Of a stretch of DNA of 64,000 bases, positions 40,906 through 50,288 are shown piece by piece (positions within the stretch are counted from its first letter, which is position 1; each line of letters opens with the position of its first letter). The notes below the pieces were generated by a model. It was given only the letters and a program-made list of their open reading frames with translations, was not told where the DNA came from and did not search any database. Made by a program: the position numbers and the translations under genes. The stretch is from Candidatus Lustribacter sp. (GTDB lineage: Bacteria; Vulcanimicrobiota; Vulcanimicrobiia; Vulcanimicrobiales; Vulcanimicrobiaceae), in contig OZ255842.1 of the NCBI GenBank assembly GCA_965277805.1, positions 4,288,001 to 4,352,000 of the forward strand. Reading direction: 5' to 3'.

Positions 40906-41881
40906 TGGATTCATGTTCCGTGAATCCAGCGCGGCCGGCGAAGCCGAAATACGCGCAGAGTGCGACGGCGGTGAGTGCGCCGATTGCGAAGCGGACCTCG
41001 GGCGTGAAGCGTTGCGGCGAGATGAAGCCTTCGATGAGGCCGGCGACCACGAGCATGCCCGCGACGCCGAGCATCAGCACGACCGCGCGCGCACCGTTGG
41101 CGGCGAGCGCATCGATGCGCCGCGCGCGTCCCGGCCGGACGTAACCGGCGGCGAGAACCAGGCCCGCACCGCCGGCGATCTGGATCGCCGTGAGCTCGAT
41201 GACGCCGTGCGGCGCGATCGTGGCCCACAGGTCCGTGCCGAAGCCGTGGTTTGCGAACAGCGCCGCGACCGTGCCGAGATCGAGCCCGTTGAACCCGACG
41301 ATCAAGAGCGTGATGATGCCGGCCGTGATGCCGCCGGCAAACGCGATCGCCGCGACCTTGATGTTGTTGGTGATGATCAGCGCCGACATTGCGGGCGCGT
41401 AGATGCGGTCGAAGCCGAAGTTCGTATCGTGCAGGCTGCCGCTGATCGACGGCACCGCAGACGGCGGCACGAAAGCGTAGGCGTTGGCCGGATCGGCACT
41501 GGTCGCGACGTAGGCGATCGCGCCCGCCACGAGCGAGAGCAGCGCGCACAGCGCGATCGCTGTCCACGAACGACGCACCTCGCGCGGAAACGATGTCGTG
41601 AAGAGCGCGACCGCGTTCGACCAGCCGCCGGCGGTCGTGCCGGCGTAGACGCGCGCGTGGGCGCGCGCGACCAGGCGGTTGAGATAACCGATCGTGCCGG
41701 CGTCGTAGCCCCGCGCGCGAGCCATGGCCAGATCGCTCGTGGCGGCTCGGTAGCCGAGGGCTAAGGCGTCGAGCTCGGCCGCGTTCAAGCGCCGCAGACC
41801 CGTGCGGTCGGCGCGCGCGAGCAGCTCTTCGAGTTCGCCCCAGCGTGGGCGGCCGGCGTCAACGAAGCGCGCTTCGCGCAT
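40883..41881 (-). CDS. Stage II sporulation protein M (SpoIIM/DUF95)-like membrane protein
   Basis: MREARFV start; YRAATSDLA, ITNNI, PHGVIEL, AGLIEGFISP. Confidence 0.88.
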   Translation of the reverse strand: MREARFVDAGRPRWGELEELLARADRTGLRRLNAAELDALALGYRAATSDLAMARARGYDAGTIGYLNRLVARAHARVYAGTTAGGWSNAVALFTTSFPREVRRSWTAIALCALLSLVAGAIAYVATSADPANAYAFVPPSAVPSISGSLHDTNFGFDRIYAPAMSALIITNNIKVAAIAFAGGITAGIITLLIVGFNGLDLGTVAALFANHGFGTDLWATIAPHGVIELTAIQIAGGAGLVLAAGYVRPGRARRIDALAANGARAVVLMLGVAGMLVVAGLIEGFISPQRFTPEVRFAIGALTAVALCAYFGFAGRAGFTEHESTTTNRAS

Positions 41882-41933
41882 GCTCGACATTTGGCGCGAG
41901 GTCTTGCGGCGTCCCGCTCGTAGCATGTCTTCT

Positions 41934-42701
41934 GTGGAACGCGATCTCGACGTGCGCACCGCCGAGGCGGTCGCGGTACGCTTCGAACTGGCCGGACTGG
42001 GAAGCCGCTTTCTCGCGCTCGCCGCCGACCTCGCGCTGCAGCTGCTGGTGGTGTTGGCGGTCGTGGTGGTGATGATCGTTTACGGCGTGATCGCCGTCGA
42101 CCGCGCCGTTGCGCCGGGCGGCTCCGTTCCGGCGGCCAAATTCGGCGGCGCGCTCTTCATCGCGCTAACGACGATCGCGTCGTTCGTGCTGTTCTTCGGT
42201 TATTTCATCATCTTCGAGTTAGCGTGGAACGGTCAATCGCCCGGCAAACGGCTTCTCGGCCTGCGCGTAATTCGCGACGGCGGCTTTCCGGTCGACGCCG
42301 GCGCATCGGTGATCCGCAATCTCGTGCGCATCGTTGAGGCGAGCCTCGGGTTCTACGTGATCTCCGCGGTCGTGACGCTGCTTTCGCCGGAAAACAAACG
42401 GCTCGGCGATTTCGCCGCCGGTACGATCGTCGTGCGCGACAACGCGGCGGCAATCCCGACGCTCGCATCACTCGGGCCGGATGAAGACGGCGATGTAACG
42501 GACGCTGCCGGCGACGGCCTCGGGCGCGAAGACCGCGTGCTGATCGAACAGTATCTCGCGCGTCGCGCGAGCCTCGACGGCAGCGCCGCGCAAGCGATCG
42601 CGACAGCGATTGCCGCCCGCATCCGGCCCAAGCTGCGCGCCTCGTTTCACTATCTCGACGACGTCAGCCTGATCGAACACATCGCGCGCTCGCGCGGTTA
42701 G
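41934..42701 (+). CDS. RDD family membrane protein
   Basis: AGLGSRFLA..D, GQSPGKR..GLRV, KRLGDFAAGT; start GTG 41934 or ATG 41925. Confidence 0.9.
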   Translation: MERDLDVRTAEAVAVRFELAGLGSRFLALAADLALQLLVVLAVVVVMIVYGVIAVDRAVAPGGSVPAAKFGGALFIALTTIASFVLFFGYFIIFELAWNGQSPGKRLLGLRVIRDGGFPVDAGASVIRNLVRIVEASLGFYVISAVVTLLSPENKRLGDFAAGTIVVRDNAAAIPTLASLGPDEDGDVTDAAGDGLGREDRVLIEQYLARRASLDGSAAQAIATAIAARIRPKLRASFHYLDDVSLIEHIARSRG

Positions 42702-43714
42702 GGGGGCGGAGGCGAACCGTTGCCGCGGATGCGGTTGAGCATGTCGCGCGCAAACGTTTGCGCCGACGCGCGCGCATCGTCGTAGATCTTCGCCGCGTCG
42801 ACGGTCGCCATATGGCGGCCGTGCAGTTCGAAGAACGTCGCGCCTTCACCGACGACCACGGTGCCGGCATATGCGATCGCCGATTTGATGAAGATGCCGC
42901 CGACCGGGATGAAGCCCGAGAGCTCACGCGCCAGCGCACGCCAGCCGAAGCCGCCGCCGACGACCGGCAGCAGCTCCCACATCTGCGCGACGTCGGGATC
43001 CTTACCGAACGTTGCGCGAATCTGCAGCATCAGCATCATCTGGATGCCGGTGATGGCCATCATGTCGCCGGCGGAGACGAACGCGCCCAGAAACGCACCG
43101 ACCACCGGCACGTTGTCGATCACCGCGCTCGCGCCCGACACTTTGAGCGCGTTGAGCGCGGCGTCGCGTGTCAGCTTCGCCGCGACGGTGGTGCGCAGGA
43201 CCGGCAGGCGCCGGCCGACCGCGATCTCGACGTTTTTGCAGACGTCGATGAGGTGCGGAAGCACGCGCGTGCGCAGCGGTTCGAACTCGATCGCCGGCAC
43301 GACGTAGTCCTCGATCGCCCCGGCGGCCGGGGCTTGGGCCGGACCGCTGGTCGCGCTGACCGCCGGATCGGCCAGCACCGCGAAAACCGGCAGCTTGAGG
43401 GCCGTCAGCGCGTCGACGGGAGCGCCCGCCCGGTCGGCCGGAGTGCCGAAGAACAGCACGGCGCGGGCGTCGCTGAGATCGATGGGCGAGCCGTTCGGGG
43501 AGATCGTCTCGAGCGCCGCCGCCGCTTCGAGCGGGGCCGCCGTGTCGCCGGTGCCGGAGAGCAGCAGCGCGCGGAATGCCGCCACGAGCGAGGGGTCACC
43601 GCAGAGCAAAAACTTGAACGGCTGGCGCGCGCCTGCGTGAACGGCGCCGGTGTTGAGCTTCGAACGCAGCCGGTTGAACGTCTGGGCGGCGCCGAAAACG
43701 TTACTTTTCAGCAC
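42698..43714 (-). CDS. Hypothetical protein with DUF697-like C-terminal domain
   Basis: Genome-typical codon use from GTG 43714; VPVVG...D...QMMLM, GWRALARE, IPVGG...YAGT; start uncertain. Confidence 0.65.
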   Translation of the reverse strand: MLKSNVFGAAQTFNRLRSKLNTGAVHAGARQPFKFLLCGDPSLVAAFRALLLSGTGDTAAPLEAAAALETISPNGSPIDLSDARAVLFFGTPADRAGAPVDALTALKLPVFAVLADPAVSATSGPAQAPAAGAIEDYVVPAIEFEPLRTRVLPHLIDVCKNVEIAVGRRLPVLRTTVAAKLTRDAALNALKVSGASAVIDNVPVVGAFLGAFVSAGDMMAITGIQMMLMLQIRATFGKDPDVAQMWELLPVVGGGFGWRALARELSGFIPVGGIFIKSAIAYAGTVVVGEGATFFELHGRHMATVDAAKIYDDARASAQTFARDMLNRIRGNGSPPPP

Positions 43715-43789
43715 GAGGGTGCCGGGGTGCTGGCACAGCGCGGATTCATGCTGAGCAGTATGGCTACGAAACATCCGAACCCTCGCAAC

Positions 43790-43848
43790 GGTGCACCGCG
43801 TGTGGAAAAGGTGTGGAGCGATGCAACTTCTTGTGCACCGCATGTGGA
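43790..43848. promoter_or_regulatory. Helically phased (T/G)GTG(G/C)A repeat array incl. one consensus DnaA box
   Basis: Hexamers at 43790, 43801, 43812, 43832, 43843; TGTGGAAAA 43801-43809 = TTTTCCACA on minus strand. Confidence 0.55.
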
Positions 43849-43923
43849 TGCCGGAGGGCCGACTACCACCACGCGGAACCGCGCTTCGATGGTATTTATG
43901 CGTATGAGCGGAGCGAAACTCAT

Positions 43924-44763
43924 TTGAGTACCGTGCGCGGGCGCGGCCGAAATGTGGAAATCGCGGTAGACCGGGCCTTACCTGCCGCGGGCGAAGAGTT
44001 GCGCGCCCATTTTACCGAGCGCCCGGATTTCTATCGGGGCAGCCATGCAGTCGCTAACTTGGGCGTGCTCGAGCCGGGCGCGCCGGAAATCGCCGCGTTC
44101 CGCGATCTGCTGGCCGAATTCGGCATTACGCTCGACGGCGTTTCGGGCTCCGAGCGGCTGGCCGAAATTCTCGCCGGCCTGCAGCTCGCATACCTCGGGC
44201 CGGCGCCGGTTGCCGAGGTGTCGGCGCTGCCGCGCGCCCGGGCGCCGCGTCAGATCGAGCTCTCGCCCGAAGCACGCTCGCTCGTCGCCGACTTCGCCGG
44301 GGCCCGGGCCGACTTGGCGCAGCGCCGGATCGCGAAAACGGTGCCGACCTCCGGGCCTGCCGGCGTTGCATCGGCGGGCGTGACGATTCCCGCCACGCCC
44401 GCGTACGCGCCGGCCGGCGTGTCGACGCTCTACCACCGCGGCACGCTGCGCGGCGGCCAAGCGCTGCACAACATGGGCAACATCGTCGTGATCGGCGACT
44501 TGAATCCGGGCGCCGAACTGATCGCCAGCGGCGACATCGTCGTGGTGGGCGCGCTGCGCGGCACGGCGCACGCCGGCGCGCAAGGCGATCGCACCGCGCG
44601 CGTGATCGCGCTCGAATTCGCGCCGACGCAACTGCGCATCGCAACGGTCATCGGCGCCGACGCGCTGGTCGCGACCGGTCCGCAACAAGCCGTGATCGAA
44701 GGCGATCGCATCGCCGTCGCACCGCTCGGCTCCCACATTGCCCGTCAGGAGATTTCGCTATGA
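43924..44763 (+). CDS. minC: Septum site-determining protein MinC
   Basis: TTG 43924 after GGAG; TLRGGQ, GDLNPGAELIASG, LRGTAHAG, PTQLRIA. Confidence 0.92.
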   Translation: MSTVRGRGRNVEIAVDRALPAAGEELRAHFTERPDFYRGSHAVANLGVLEPGAPEIAAFRDLLAEFGITLDGVSGSERLAEILAGLQLAYLGPAPVAEVSALPRARAPRQIELSPEARSLVADFAGARADLAQRRIAKTVPTSGPAGVASAGVTIPATPAYAPAGVSTLYHRGTLRGGQALHNMGNIVVIGDLNPGAELIASGDIVVVGALRGTAHAGAQGDRTARVIALEFAPTQLRIATVIGADALVATGPQQAVIEGDRIAVAPLGSHIARQEISL

Positions 44764-45551
44764 GCGCCCGCCGCATCGTCGTCACATCCGGGAAGGGCGG
44801 CGTCGGCAAGACGACCACCACGGCGAACATCGGGGCGGCGCTCGCGCTGCGCGGCAAACGCGTGGTGCTGGTCGATGCCGACATCGGCCTGCGGAACCTC
44901 GATCTCGTGCTCGGGCTCGAGAAGCGCATCGTGTTCGACATCGTCGAGGTCGTCGAAGGCCGCTGTCAATTGCGCCAGGCGCTGATCAAAGACAAGCGCT
45001 TCGGCGAGTCGCTGTCGATCTTGCCCGCCGCGCAAACGCGCGACAAAACGGCCGTGACGGAGAACCAATTTGCCAAGGTGATCGACGATCTGGCCGAGAT
45101 GTGCGACTACGCGATCATCGATTGCCCGGCCGGCATCGAGCACGGGTTTCGCAACGCCGTCGCCGGCGCGCGCGAAGCGATCGTCGTCACCACGCCCGAA
45201 GTCAGCGCGATTCGCGACGCCGACCGCGTGATCGGCAAACTGAACGAACGCGGCCTGCCGATGCGGCTGATCATCAACCGCATCCGCCCCGACATGGTGC
45301 GTTCGGGCGACATGCTTTCGGTCGACGACGTGTGTGAGATCCTCTCTGCCGAACTGCTGGGCATCGTGCCCGACGACGAAGACGTGATCGACACGACCAA
45401 TAAGGGCGAACCGATCGCGCTCAAGGCCGACTCGCGGCTCGCGGCGATCTACGAAAAGATCGCGCGCCGCCTCGAAGGCGAGATCGTTCCGTTCACCGCG
45501 CTCTCCGCGCCGACGTTCCTGAGCCGCTTACTCGGCCGAAAGGCAGGCTGA
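44760..45551 (+). CDS. minD: Septum site-determining ATPase MinD (copy 1)
   Basis: SGKGGVGKTT, DIGLRNLD, DCPAGIE, RDADRV, C-terminal FLSRLLG. Confidence 0.96.
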   Translation: MSARRIVVTSGKGGVGKTTTTANIGAALALRGKRVVLVDADIGLRNLDLVLGLEKRIVFDIVEVVEGRCQLRQALIKDKRFGESLSILPAAQTRDKTAVTENQFAKVIDDLAEMCDYAIIDCPAGIEHGFRNAVAGAREAIVVTTPEVSAIRDADRVIGKLNERGLPMRLIINRIRPDMVRSGDMLSVDDVCEILSAELLGIVPDDEDVIDTTNKGEPIALKADSRLAAIYEKIARRLEGEIVPFTALSAPTFLSRLLGRKAG

Positions 45552-45554
45552 CCC

Positions 45555-46391
45555 GTGCATGAGCTGCGTGAAGATCCAATCCCGGCGGCACCGCCCGAAG
45601 CGCAGCGCCGCGGGCGCTGCATCGTCATCACCTCGGGCAAGGGCGGCGTCGGTAAAACGACGACGACCGCCAACGTCGGCATGGCGCTGGCCGCGACCGG
45701 CGCGCGCGTCGTGCTGGTCGACGCCGACGTCGGCCTGCGCAACCTCGACATCGTGCTGGGTCTCGAAGCGCGCGTGCGCCACCACGTGCTCGACGTGCTC
45801 GAAGGCAACGCCGATCTCGACGACGCGCTGGTCAGCGACAAACGCGTGCCCACGCTCAAGCTGCTGGCGGCCTCGCAAACGCGCGAGAAGGACGACGTCG
45901 ACACCGCGGCGTTCAAAGGCTTGGTCGATAAACTGCGCGAGCGTTTCGACTACGTGCTGATCGATTGCCCGGCCGGCATCGAGATGGGATTTCAGAATGC
46001 GATCGTCGGCGCCGACGAAGCGATCATCGTGTGCACGCCCGAGGTCAGCGCGGTGCGCGACGCCGATCGCGTCGTGGGGCTGCTCGGCGACCGCATCAAG
46101 ACGACGCTGATCGTCAACCGTCTGCGGCCCTCGCTCGTGAAGCGGGGCAAGATGCTCTCGGTCGACGACGTCAACGCGATCCTGCGCTTGCCGCTCTTGG
46201 GCGTCATCGCCGACGAGCCCGGCGTCATCGTATCGACGAACAAAGGCGAACCGATCGCGCTCGACGTCGCGTCGCCGACGGGCCTGGCCTATCGCAAAAT
46301 TGCCGGCCGGATCGTGGGAACCGACACGTCGGCGCCGGAAATCCCGCGCGAAGCATCTTTCTTCGACAAGCTGTTCGGGGGCCAGCGCTAA
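45555..46391 (+). CDS. minD: Septum site-determining ATPase MinD (copy 2)
   Basis: SGKGGVGKTT, DVGLRNLD, DCPAGIE, RDADRV, C-terminal FFDKLFG. Confidence 0.95.
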   Translation: MHELREDPIPAAPPEAQRRGRCIVITSGKGGVGKTTTTANVGMALAATGARVVLVDADVGLRNLDIVLGLEARVRHHVLDVLEGNADLDDALVSDKRVPTLKLLAASQTREKDDVDTAAFKGLVDKLRERFDYVLIDCPAGIEMGFQNAIVGADEAIIVCTPEVSAVRDADRVVGLLGDRIKTTLIVNRLRPSLVKRGKMLSVDDVNAILRLPLLGVIADEPGVIVSTNKGEPIALDVASPTGLAYRKIAGRIVGTDTSAPEIPREASFFDKLFGGQR

Positions 46392-46394
46392 GCC

Positions 46395-46859
46395 ATGCTC
46401 GATTTTCTCAAGCGTCTCTTCAATCCGGAACCGTCGAGCGTCACCGCGCGCGAACGGCTGCGCTTGGTGCTGCTCTCCGATCATCTCGCGCTCGCGCCCG
46501 ACGTCGTCGAATCGCTCAAAGCCGATCTGATCGCGGTCATCTCCAAGTACGTCGACGTCGACGCCGCCAACTGCGACGTGACGTTCGAACAACAGGAGAG
46601 CGTCGTCGCGATGCTGGCCAACATCCCGATTCTCGGTATGAAGCCGGCCGTTCGCACGCCGCGACCTGCACCGCCCGAGCCGCCGCCGATGATCGATCCG
46701 GCGCCCGCGTCGGCCAGCGTTGCCGTCGAACCCGAAGCGATCGCGACCGAGAGCATTGCATCCGAGCCTGAGTCCGAGTCCGCTCCCGCGCCCACAGCAC
46801 CGAAACCGCGTCGCCGGCGCCGCCGGCGCGCGAACGTGAACGCCGCACCCGCTCACTAA
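46395..46859 (+). CDS. minE: Topological specificity factor MinE with C-terminal extension
   Basis: MLDFLKRLF, ARERLRLVL..D, LKADLIAVISKYV, ANIPI. Confidence 0.93.
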   Translation: MLDFLKRLFNPEPSSVTARERLRLVLLSDHLALAPDVVESLKADLIAVISKYVDVDAANCDVTFEQQESVVAMLANIPILGMKPAVRTPRPAPPEPPPMIDPAPASASVAVEPEAIATESIASEPESESAPAPTAPKPRRRRRRRANVNAAPAH

Positions 46860-47987
46860 GTGGAGCGCCCCTGGTACACACGATTTAACTGGTTACTCGC
46901 CGGCTCGTGCATCGCGCTCACGATCGTCGGCATCGTGTTCATCTCCTCGGCGACGCTGCACGAGCCGTACGCCGCCGGGGAATGGAAAAGCCAGGCCGCC
47001 TACGCGGTCGTCGGCATCATCGTGATGTTCGGCGTATCGTTCATCGACTATCACCGCTGGCAGCAGTGGTGGGCGCCGCTCTACGTGATCACGCTGCTGC
47101 TGTTGGTGTTCATTGCAGTCAAAGGGCATAGCGCGCTCGGCGCGGCGCGCTGGATCGAGATCGGCGGTTTCACGTTTCAGCCGTCCGAGCCGGCCAAGGT
47201 GACGACCGCGATCGCGGTGGCCGCGCTGCTTTCGCGCGGCACGTATCGCTCGTTGTGGCAGCTGCTGATTCCGCTCGCGGCCGTCGGCGTGCCCGCGCTC
47301 TTGATCCTCAAACAGCCCGATCTCGGCACGACGCTGGTTGTCGGCGCGATCCTCACGGCCGAGCTCGCGTTCGGTCTGCCGAACGTCGTCGACTTCTTGA
47401 TCTATTTCGGCAGCATCGTGGCGGCCACGGCGTACGTGCTCTCGAGCGACAAGATCCTCAAGCCGTTCCAGCGCGCGCGCCTGCTGGTGTTTCTCAACCC
47501 GAAGCTCGACCCCCAGGGCGTCGGCTACAACCTCAACCAGTCGAAGATCGCGGTCGGCAGCGGCGAGCTGTTCGGCAAAGGGCTCTATCACGGCACCCAG
47601 ACGCAGCTGAATTTCGTCCCGGAGAACTCGCGCGACTTCATCTTCACCGCAGTTGGTGAGGAGACCGGTTTCCTTGGTTCGCTGGTGCTGGTCGCGCTGG
47701 CCCTGATCGTCGTCGGGAGCGCGATGCGCGCGGTCTTCTCGGCGCAAGACCGGTTCGGGCTCTTGCTCAGCGTCGGCCTCGTGACGATGCTCGCCTTCCA
47801 CATGATCGTGAACATCGGGATGACGATCGGCATCATGCCCGTGACCGGCATTCCGTTGCCGTTCATGTCCTACGGCGGCAGCGCACTGATCACGAACTAC
47901 CTCGCCGTCGGTATCCTGATCAACGTCGCCCTGCAAAAGGACCGCCTCATCTTCGGCAACGCCCGCGCCCGCGTCGAAGCCGCCTAG
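46860..47987 (+). CDS. rodA: Rod shape-determining SEDS protein RodA
   Basis: GAARWI, FQPSE, QPDLGT, GYNLNQS, DFIF...EE.G, TGIPLPFMSYGGS. Confidence 0.93.
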   Translation: MERPWYTRFNWLLAGSCIALTIVGIVFISSATLHEPYAAGEWKSQAAYAVVGIIVMFGVSFIDYHRWQQWWAPLYVITLLLLVFIAVKGHSALGAARWIEIGGFTFQPSEPAKVTTAIAVAALLSRGTYRSLWQLLIPLAAVGVPALLILKQPDLGTTLVVGAILTAELAFGLPNVVDFLIYFGSIVAATAYVLSSDKILKPFQRARLLVFLNPKLDPQGVGYNLNQSKIAVGSGELFGKGLYHGTQTQLNFVPENSRDFIFTAVGEETGFLGSLVLVALALIVVGSAMRAVFSAQDRFGLLLSVGLVTMLAFHMIVNIGMTIGIMPVTGIPLPFMSYGGSALITNYLAVGILINVALQKDRLIFGNARARVEAA

Positions 47988-50288
47988 CTATCCAGGCGCC
48001 TTCGCCGTCATTGGAAGCGTGCGTTGGGCGAAGCGGAAGGCGTCGTCGGCGGGCATAGGGCGGCCGAACAGGTAGCCTTGGACGAGGCGGCAGCCGAGAT
48101 CGGCGATCATTGCTCGCTGCTCGGGCGTTTCGATGCCTTCTGCAATCACTTCGGCGTTGAGGCCGCGCGCGAGCGCGATGATGCCGGCGACAATCGGGAT
48201 CTTGGCCGGATCGTTGGCTGCCGAGATGACGAACGAGCGATCGATCTTGATGGCGTCGACTTGAAAATCGTTGAGGTGCCGCAGCGATGAGTAGCCGGTG
48301 CCGAAGTCATCGAGGCACACGCGCACGCCCATCGCGTGCAAGTTGCCGAGAAACCGACCGGCCGTCTCGATCGATTCGACCGACGCCGTTTCCGTCATCT
48401 CGATGACCAGCGACTGCGGCGGGATGTTCCAGGTTTCCATCGCGTCGGCGATCGACGCGTAGGTGTCCGCATGCGCGGCTTCCATCGGTGAGACGTTGAA
48501 GTGCACCGACATGTTCGCGATCGCGAGCCCGCCGGCGCGCCACTCCGAAAGATGCCGGCACACTTCGTGCACCACGCGCCGGCCGAGCTGATCGATCAGG
48601 CGCGCTTCTTGCGCGACGTCGACGAGGTAGGATGCATCGATCTCGCCGCGCCGCGGATGCTTCCAGCGCACCAGCGCCTCGAAACCGTGGCAGGTACGAT
48701 CGTCGAGCGCGATGATCGGTTGAAACACGACGCGCACGCCGGTGTTGCGCGCGAGCGCGTCGCGCAGGTCGCTGGCGAGTTCGGCGCGGTCGATGATCTC
48801 GGCGCGCAGCACGTCGTCGAAGACGATCACGCGATCGCCGCCCTCTTCTTTGGCGCGGTACATCGCGATATCGGCATCGCGTAAGATGCTATCGACGGTT
48901 TCGTGCAAGGCGTCGACGGCCACGATGCCGATGCTTGCCACGAGGCGATGTTCGACGCCTTCGATACGGATCGGTTCCACGAACGCTTCGCAGATCGCCT
49001 CACCGACGCTCACCGCGTACGCCGAATCCGGATCGTACTGATACACCAGCACCGCGAACTCGTCGCCGCCGACACGTGAGACCAGACCGTCCAGCGGCGT
49101 CGCGCCGTGCAGACGTTGGGCGGCGGCGATCAAGAACTCGTCGCCGGCTTGATGACCGTAGCGGTCGTTCACTTCTTTGAAGTTATCGAAGTCGATCGAG
49201 AGGATCCAACTCGTGCGGTCGTTCACCGGCGTCCACGCGGCGACGGCCTTACTCGCCGCCTGCACGAACGCACGCCGGTTCGGTAAGCCGGTCAACGCAT
49301 CGTGCGTGGCCTGGTGTGCAAAGGCCGTGCGCGTGCGGCGCGAGCGCAGCTGCGAGCGCAATACCTGGAACGAAAGCAGCGCGACGACCGCGATGATCGC
49401 CGCCATCAAGCCGACGATCAGGGCGATCTCGCGCCGCGCGCGCTCTTCCGCATCGGCCAGGCGTTGTTGGATCAGCGGTAGCAGCGCCGTCTCGAGCGAT
49501 GCAAGTTTGCCCGATGCAATGCGGGCCGACGCGAGCAACTGCGCGCGGCGCGTCAGCGCGTCGCCGCGCACGACGTGGATCCGGAACAGCTCGAGAAAAT
49601 CGGCGGCGGTGCCGCGCGCTGCGTCGGCCTGAGCGCGCACGTCGGCCGGCAAGCTCGCGAACCAGCGCGGTTCCAAAGCGACGTTGGCCGACGAGCTGGC
49701 ATCGGCATACATCGCCGCGAGCCCGGCGCGGGGAAGCTGATCGCTGCCGCCTTTGGGATCGGCCATCAAGAGCATGGCGCTGATGCGCGCGAATTGGGCG
49801 TTGGCCTCGGGCACCGCTTGCAGCGCGGCCTCGGCCAGCACGGCGTCGGTGTCGGTTTCGCTGCCGCGCATGATCGCGATCGTGCCGACGCGCAGGTAGG
49901 ACTCGCGCATCGTCTCGTTCGTCAAGCGGACGAGCGTGGCGTCAGCCGGCCGGCTCCCGGCGGCCGTCCAGTCCGCCTGAAGCTGCTCGATCTGGGATTC
50001 CGGCACGTCGGCGCTCAGGCCGCCGGCGATCGCGTCCTTGTCGAAACTGGCCAGCATGTCGGCGATCGTCCGGGCAACGGCCCGGTTAGCGGCGGAGCCT
50101 TGGCCGACGTGATAGCCTCCCAGCAGCGCCGAGAGGTCTTCGAGGCGTTCGACCAAGCGCACGGCGGTTTGGCCGACCGAATACGAGGCAATTGCCTCAT
50201 TGCGGGTGCCGATTTGCACGCCGCCGGCGTAGAGCAGCGACGCCAGCACGGCAATGCCGACCGCTACTAAGCGTAACGCGAGCCTCAC
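47988..50288 (-). CDS. Membrane-bound GGDEF-EAL diguanylate cyclase/phosphodiesterase
   Basis: Two TM flanking a helical sensor; HDALTGLPNR, GGDEF, FEALVRW, DDFGTGYSS, AEGIE. Confidence 0.94.
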   Translation of the reverse strand: MRLALRLVAVGIAVLASLLYAGGVQIGTRNEAIASYSVGQTAVRLVERLEDLSALLGGYHVGQGSAANRAVARTIADMLASFDKDAIAGGLSADVPESQIEQLQADWTAAGSRPADATLVRLTNETMRESYLRVGTIAIMRGSETDTDAVLAEAALQAVPEANAQFARISAMLLMADPKGGSDQLPRAGLAAMYADASSSANVALEPRWFASLPADVRAQADAARGTAADFLELFRIHVVRGDALTRRAQLLASARIASGKLASLETALLPLIQQRLADAEERARREIALIVGLMAAIIAVVALLSFQVLRSQLRSRRTRTAFAHQATHDALTGLPNRRAFVQAASKAVAAWTPVNDRTSWILSIDFDNFKEVNDRYGHQAGDEFLIAAAQRLHGATPLDGLVSRVGGDEFAVLVYQYDPDSAYAVSVGEAICEAFVEPIRIEGVEHRLVASIGIVAVDALHETVDSILRDADIAMYRAKEEGGDRVIVFDDVLRAEIIDRAELASDLRDALARNTGVRVVFQPIIALDDRTCHGFEALVRWKHPRRGEIDASYLVDVAQEARLIDQLGRRVVHEVCRHLSEWRAGGLAIANMSVHFNVSPMEAAHADTYASIADAMETWNIPPQSLVIEMTETASVESIETAGRFLGNLHAMGVRVCLDDFGTGYSSLRHLNDFQVDAIKIDRSFVISAANDPAKIPIVAGIIALARGLNAEVIAEGIETPEQRAMIADLGCRLVQGYLFGRPMPADDAFRFAQRTLPMTAKAPG

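Noticed and set aside
40883-41881. Sporulation inferred from the SpoIIM-like gene
   Set aside because: This family is widespread in non-sporulators as part of the MoxR module
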